Positions 59,784-64,000 of a stretch of DNA of 64,000 nucleotides are shown here, piece by piece. The stretch is from Gemmatimonadaceae bacterium (GTDB lineage: Bacteria > Gemmatimonadota > Gemmatimonadetes > Gemmatimonadales > Gemmatimonadaceae): the NCBI GenBank assembly GCA_044224875.1, contig JBGAJQ010000012.1:1-64000 (forward strand). Direction: 5' to 3'. Position 1 is the stretch's first letter. The number at the start of each line of letters is the position of its first letter. The notes under the pieces were generated by a model that worked only from the letters and a program-made list of their open reading frames with translations, had not been told where the DNA came from and did not search any database. The position numbers were made by a program, and so were the translations under genes.

Positions 59784-61016
59784 TCAGCTCCTTTTCCCCG
59801 CCATGCTCATGCGCGGGCCAATAGCGTGAAGGTCAGCTCCCTTCATCAGCACGTTCCAATAGATCCACTTGAAGGCGAGCTTGCCCCAGTGATTCGCCTC
59901 GGTCTCCTCGAGCAGCGTCAGTGGGCCGACCTCGGGGAGCGGATACTTTCCGGGGAGTGGTTCGGTCTCGTAGTTGAAGTCGATGAGTGTCGCCTTCCCG
60001 AACCCGGTCTCGATGAAACAGTTGGCATGACCGTCGAAGGCCGGTTCAAGCTCGCGGCCGCCAATCGCGCGATGGATGTTCTCCGTCAACACCTCCGCCT
60101 GGAAATGCGCCACCGATCCAGCCTTGGACGACGAGAGATCGGTCGCGTCCCCGATCACGAAGACGTTCTTGAACGCCTGCGACTGCAGCGTGTGACGGTC
60201 GGTCGGAATGAAGTCGAGCTCATTCCCCAGACCCGATCGAGCGATGGCTTCACTCCCGCGGTGCGTCGGAACGGTGACCAACAGGTCATACGGGATCTCA
60301 CGTCCGTCCCAGCTCTTGAGTATCCGACGGCTCCCGTCGACTTCACCGGTATTGAAGATCGTCTCAACCTGAATGCGACGCGTCGTCAGAAGGTCGCCTA
60401 ACACGTCGGAGCATCGCTTCTTGGTGAACGCACCGTCCAGCGGAGTGGCGTACACCAGCTCGACCTTGTCGCGCATGCCTTGTGTCGTGAACCACCAATC
60501 GGCGAGGAAGAGAAATTCCAGCGGTGCCACTGGGCACTTGATCGGCATCTCCACGAGATTCACGACCAGTCGCCCCCCTTCCCAACGGCGGAGCTTTTCC
60601 GCCAGGGCCACGGAGCCTTCGGGCGTGTAGAAGTCGAACGCCGTCTCGCGCCACCCTTCACCCAGCAACCCCTCCGTTTCCGACGGGCAGATGCGACTTC
60701 CGGTGGCGATGATGAGGAAGTCATAGGGCAGTGAGTCACCCGACTTCATCACCACGCGATTCTCGTCAGGTGCGACCGTGTCGATCTCACCGAGTACGAG
60801 ACGGGCGGCCGGTGGGAGGACGCGAGAACGCTTCTTATAGAGGTCGCGTTCGGTGTACACGCCGAACGGGATGAACAGCAGTCCAGGTTGGTAGATGTGC
60901 CGGTCGTCCTGGTCGACCACCGTGACTTCCCAGTCATCCATCGGCAGCGAGCGAACGAGCTTCGCGGCCATCATGGTTCCTGCAGAGCCGCCACCAAGAA
61001 TCAGGATCCGTTTCAT
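59784..61016 (-). CDS. sqr: Sulfide:quinone oxidoreductase-like FAD/NAD(P)-binding flavoprotein (type III-like)
   Basis: ILILGGGSAG, HIYQPG, IIATG, IKCPVAPLEF, VIGDA, SKAGS, FDGHANCFIETG; GGAGGA RBS before ATG 61016. Confidence 0.87.
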   Translation of the reverse strand: MKRILILGGGSAGTMMAAKLVRSLPMDDWEVTVVDQDDRHIYQPGLLFIPFGVYTERDLYKKRSRVLPPAARLVLGEIDTVAPDENRVVMKSGDSLPYDFLIIATGSRICPSETEGLLGEGWRETAFDFYTPEGSVALAEKLRRWEGGRLVVNLVEMPIKCPVAPLEFLFLADWWFTTQGMRDKVELVYATPLDGAFTKKRCSDVLGDLLTTRRIQVETIFNTGEVDGSRRILKSWDGREIPYDLLVTVPTHRGSEAIARSGLGNELDFIPTDRHTLQSQAFKNVFVIGDATDLSSSKAGSVAHFQAEVLTENIHRAIGGRELEPAFDGHANCFIETGFGKATLIDFNYETEPLPGKYPLPEVGPLTLLEETEANHWGKLAFKWIYWNVLMKGADLHAIGPRMSMAGKRS

Positions 61017-61063
61017 GTGCTCCTCCGGCCAAGCGCGGAACGCGCAGTGACGCCTGTATGGAA

Positions 61064-61079
61064 GGCACAGCGCGCGCCA
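61064..61079 (-). promoter_or_regulatory. Sigma-54 (-24/-12) promoter candidate for the sqr operon
   Basis: Minus strand TGGCGCGCGCTGTGCC, GG-N10-GC, about 50 nt upstream of the sqr ATG and next to a GAFTGA-containing activator gene. Confidence 0.6.
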
Positions 61080-61148
61080 CGCGACGAGCAACGTTGCAAG
61101 TGGTTGTTCCAGCACACGTTAGGCGCGCGCCCCCCTGTGCGAGGGGGC

Positions 61149-61211
61149 GTTTCGTGAAACCTTGTGTTGCAACAACAGAAACGCCGTGAAACGGCGGCGT
61201 TTCACGGCGTT
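61149..61211. promoter_or_regulatory. Cluster of palindromes, candidate upstream activator sequence for the sigma-54 activator
   Basis: GTTTC-GT-GAAAC (61149-61160), TGTTGCAACA (61165-61174) and a perfect 14-bp inverted repeat AACGCCGTGAAACG-N4-CGTTTCACGGCGTT (61180-61211). Confidence 0.6.
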
Positions 61212-61311
61212 GGTAGCGCGGGCTCGAGGCCATCATCGTATCCAGGGCGCGCGTATCGAACTCGGCATTCGCAGTAGGCCCTCGAGAAGGCTGGCGCGCC
61301 AGGCGAGTTGA

Positions 61312-63081
61312 TCAGAGTCGATACTGCTTCATATTCCGCCAGAGCGTCGTGCGGCTCATCCCGATCGCCACGGCGGCGTCTTCTCGTCGATAATGCGCCC
61401 GCTCGAGCGCCTCGCGAATACGGATGAGTTCGGCCTGCTCCTCGAGGGATGTCGCATAGCCGTCGGCGATAGCGGTGGTCCGACCATGCGACTCCATAGA
61501 GTTTCGCGCCGAGTTGGTCCGTGTTTCTTGGGCAATCCCCGGCGGCAGATGCTCCACGTGCACCGTCTGGCCATCGCACAACGCCGTCGCATACTCGAGG
61601 GCGTTTTCGAGTTCGCGAACGTTGCCGGGCCAGTCCCACGCCACCAGTGTTTCGAGCGCCGCCGGGGCCAGGCGCAACGCGCGACCACGTCGTTGTCCAA
61701 TGCGACTGAGCAGGTGTGGAATGAGGAGCGTCAGGTCGTCGCGGCGTTCCCGCAGCGGCGGTACGTGAATGGGGACGACGCGCAACCGGTAAAAGAGGTC
61801 CTCCCGAAAGCGACCGGCGGCCACGGCCTGCGCGAGATCCACGTGCGTTGCCGCAATCACGCGAACGTCCACCTTTCGTGTTCGTGAATCTCCCACGCGC
61901 TCAAACGCGTGATCCTGAAGTACCCGCAACAGTTTGACCTGCAAGGCGGGCGGCATGTCTCCGATTTCGTCGAGAAACAGAGTTCCACCGTCCGCCAGCT
62001 CAAAACGGCCGGCACGGTCGCGGACCGCCCCGGTGAACGCGCCACGCACATGCCCGAACAGTTCGCTCTCTAGAAGCTCCGAAGGAAGCGCCGCGCAGTT
62101 CACGGCGACAAACGGGCCACGCCTCCCCGATCGAGCATGCAGCGCGCGGGCGACCATCTCCTTCCCTGTTCCGCTTTCTCCCGTCACGAGCACGGTCGCG
62201 TCGTTCTCGTTGAGCAGTTCGATCAGTCGAAAGATGCGCTGCATCGGAGCCGACCGTCCCACAATGCCCTCGAAGGATGGGACCTCATCCGTGTGCGCAT
62301 TGCCGTCTGCCGGGCGGATCATGATCGCCGTTCGTGCGCCGGCATCGCCACAGTGCGTCCCTTGGGAAATTGGCCCAATGGAGATCGACACCGGAATTCG
62401 CCGTCCGTCCGCACCCGTCAGCTCCGCCGCCCAGCCTTCGCGCCTCGCCCCAGACTCCATCGCTTGTCGGAGCGTTCCCCGGGCGCCAAAGAGGGTCACT
62501 CCGAACACCTGCTCTAATGGCATCCCGCCAATACTGTCTGCAGGATAGCCCAACATTCCCGCCAGCGAGCTCGAGGCAGACATCACCCGATGCTCGGCGT
62601 CGGCAATAATGAACAGGCGCCCGAGGCTTCCAAGCAGGGTCTCCACCTGTTCGCTCGGCTGCATCGACGCTTCGGAATCCGCCAAGCGCACGGTCTCGAT
62701 CGCGCCCGTCACGTTCCCACGCTCGTCGCGCGTGACCATGCCAGCGCGGACGATTTCGATTTCCGTGCCGTCTTTTCGAAAGACGTTCAGGGTGGTTGGG
62801 TCAATCCGGCCATGTCGGAACACCCCGCACCCGCGCAGGCATTCTCGGCACCGAAAGAGCGATATGCAGGGCTTTCCCAGGACTTCGGCAGCTGAGAAGC
62901 CCGTCATGTGCTCCAACTCCGGACTCACGGAGGTTATGGCGCGATCGGCGTCGACCTGAAACCACCCAACGCCGGCGAGCGTGGCCAGGGTATTGGCGAC
63001 TTCCTGGGGTGGAAGCGCGATTGATGGTTCTGAAACGGTGGCGGGTGTCATGGTGCACCATGTTGCAACGTCCCGTTTCAT
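61312..63081 (-). CDS. Sigma-54-dependent enhancer-binding protein with two PAS domains (first Cys-rich) and Fis-type HTH
   Basis: [60 protein letters not shown] in PAS1. Alternative start ATG 63051. Confidence 0.93.
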   Translation of the reverse strand: MKRDVATWCTMTPATVSEPSIALPPQEVANTLATLAGVGWFQVDADRAITSVSPELEHMTGFSAAEVLGKPCISLFRCRECLRGCGVFRHGRIDPTTLNVFRKDGTEIEIVRAGMVTRDERGNVTGAIETVRLADSEASMQPSEQVETLLGSLGRLFIIADAEHRVMSASSSLAGMLGYPADSIGGMPLEQVFGVTLFGARGTLRQAMESGARREGWAAELTGADGRRIPVSISIGPISQGTHCGDAGARTAIMIRPADGNAHTDEVPSFEGIVGRSAPMQRIFRLIELLNENDATVLVTGESGTGKEMVARALHARSGRRGPFVAVNCAALPSELLESELFGHVRGAFTGAVRDRAGRFELADGGTLFLDEIGDMPPALQVKLLRVLQDHAFERVGDSRTRKVDVRVIAATHVDLAQAVAAGRFREDLFYRLRVVPIHVPPLRERRDDLTLLIPHLLSRIGQRRGRALRLAPAALETLVAWDWPGNVRELENALEYATALCDGQTVHVEHLPPGIAQETRTNSARNSMESHGRTTAIADGYATSLEEQAELIRIREALERAHYRREDAAVAIGMSRTTLWRNMKQYRL

Positions 63082-63228
63082 CGGGCTGTCGGGAGATGCC
63101 GCCGACGCCCTCAGGAGCGCCCCGACAAGTCAGGGACCGAATCGCTCAGCAGCTCGGGCCAGCCCCATCACACGCGCCGCGCGTGGAGACTTTGCCTCAA
63201 CCCGTTATTGCGTGTGTGTTTGGTGGCG

Positions 63229-63768
63229 CTAATGCGCGCGGACGGCCGCCCGACACCCGTCGATGAACTCGGGAGTGCCGTTGACGCACGCAGAATCGGA
63301 CTCGATCCCGCCGTCGACCACCCAGGCATAGCCTTCGGTGTAGGTCGCTCGCGGAGGAGTCGAAGGTGACGGAGGGGTGTTGATGGAGCCCGCGATCGCT
63401 GGCGTCCTGCCCGTTAGTCGCCCGGCCATTCGTACGGTCAGCGTCGCTGCTGCGCAGACTGCAAGCCCCGCCATGACGAGGGACCGCCGCGCGCGATAGC
63501 TCCCGGCGAACATCGCGATCGCCAGCAGTCCACAGCTGAGGCCCAGGTACCAGGCTCCGGCATAGAATATGGCCACGCTGCTCGGAGCCCCGTCCAGGTG
63601 CGCAATCTTCACTCCCGTCAGCTTCCACGCGCCGATCAGGAGGGGCATGGAGAGCGCCAACGCCAGAGTGTCGGAACGCTTCCCCATCCGGAACGCGACG
63701 ACACACAGGGCCAGCGTGACCAGCAGAATGACAGCGAGAATCGGCATGAAGGCGTGTGGAGTGGTCAC
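63229..63768 (-). CDS. Hypothetical membrane protein with a C-terminal small Cys-pair domain
   Basis: About 4 TM segments, Pro-rich linker, EGYAW..GI..C..FIDGC. Start uncertain (63747, 63768 or 63873). Confidence 0.55.
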   Translation of the reverse strand: MTTPHAFMPILAVILLVTLALCVVAFRMGKRSDTLALALSMPLLIGAWKLTGVKIAHLDGAPSSVAIFYAGAWYLGLSCGLLAIAMFAGSYRARRSLVMAGLAVCAAATLTVRMAGRLTGRTPAIAGSINTPPSPSTPPRATYTEGYAWVVDGGIESDSACVNGTPEFIDGCRAAVRAH

Positions 63769-64000
63769 CCTGTGAGACCTTCCCTCGGCGGCCCCACCAT
63801 GAGACGCGCTAGGTCCATCGCGAGAAACGAGTTCCCAGTCGAATTGCGGCGGACCCATCGAACCACCGCCCACGACACTCTATCCATCATATTGAAGGGC
63901 GTATTTTGCTCGCTTTCGGCCCGCATTCCCACCCGCCCTCAGGAGCAGGAATGGCACCTGTCGATCGTCGTCAATTTCTGGCTCAAGTCGCCAGCGGCGT

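Noticed and set aside
61095..61112. CTGGAACAACCACTTGCA (minus strand) as the sigma-54 promoter of sqr
   Set aside because: GG and GC are 11 nt apart rather than the required 10; the box at 61064-61079 has correct spacing.
4141..61124. TTAGG cores as telomere-like repeats or evidence of TAG recoding
   Set aside because: The copies are dispersed, never tandem. Inside genes TAG is out of frame, and in-frame TAGs end genes at expected domain boundaries.

Overview
GC-rich bacterial chromosomal window, most likely from a Gemmatimonadota-like organism. This taxonomy is inferred from gene content: carboxypeptidase-regulatory-domain barrel proteins, VPS10/BNR paralogues, a DUF5916-like protein and a TPR-HD-GYP-GGDEF-AAA giant. 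It holds about 47 genes, mostly envelope, transport and hydrolase functions. I saw no rRNA, tRNA, CRISPR array or intact transposase. Highlights: (1) a sigma-54-type sulfur locus at 57.0-63.1 kb with a Cys-rich PAS enhancer-binding protein, palindromic enhancer, -24/-12 promoter, SQR, DUF1641-like, TusE-like, DsrE-like and a frameshifted FadL-like channel; (2) a second sulfur operon at 20.0-22.6 kb (exported rhodaneses plus split YeeE/YedE), also with a -24/-12 candidate; (3) a single polypeptide fusing a metacaspase, a DUF4384-like domain and an alpha/beta-hydrolase, with repeated Arg-Gly/Ser linker motifs, convergent on a TPR/HD-GYP/degenerate-GGDEF/STAND-ATPase protein; (4) a Tat-exported FMN alpha-hydroxy-acid oxidase with a CxxCH motif, coupled to a secreted FAH-family enzyme; (5) a non-palindromic octamer CGTTAGGY repeated about 28 times on both strands, mostly inside genes. 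All family calls come from motif recognition by eye; no searches were run.
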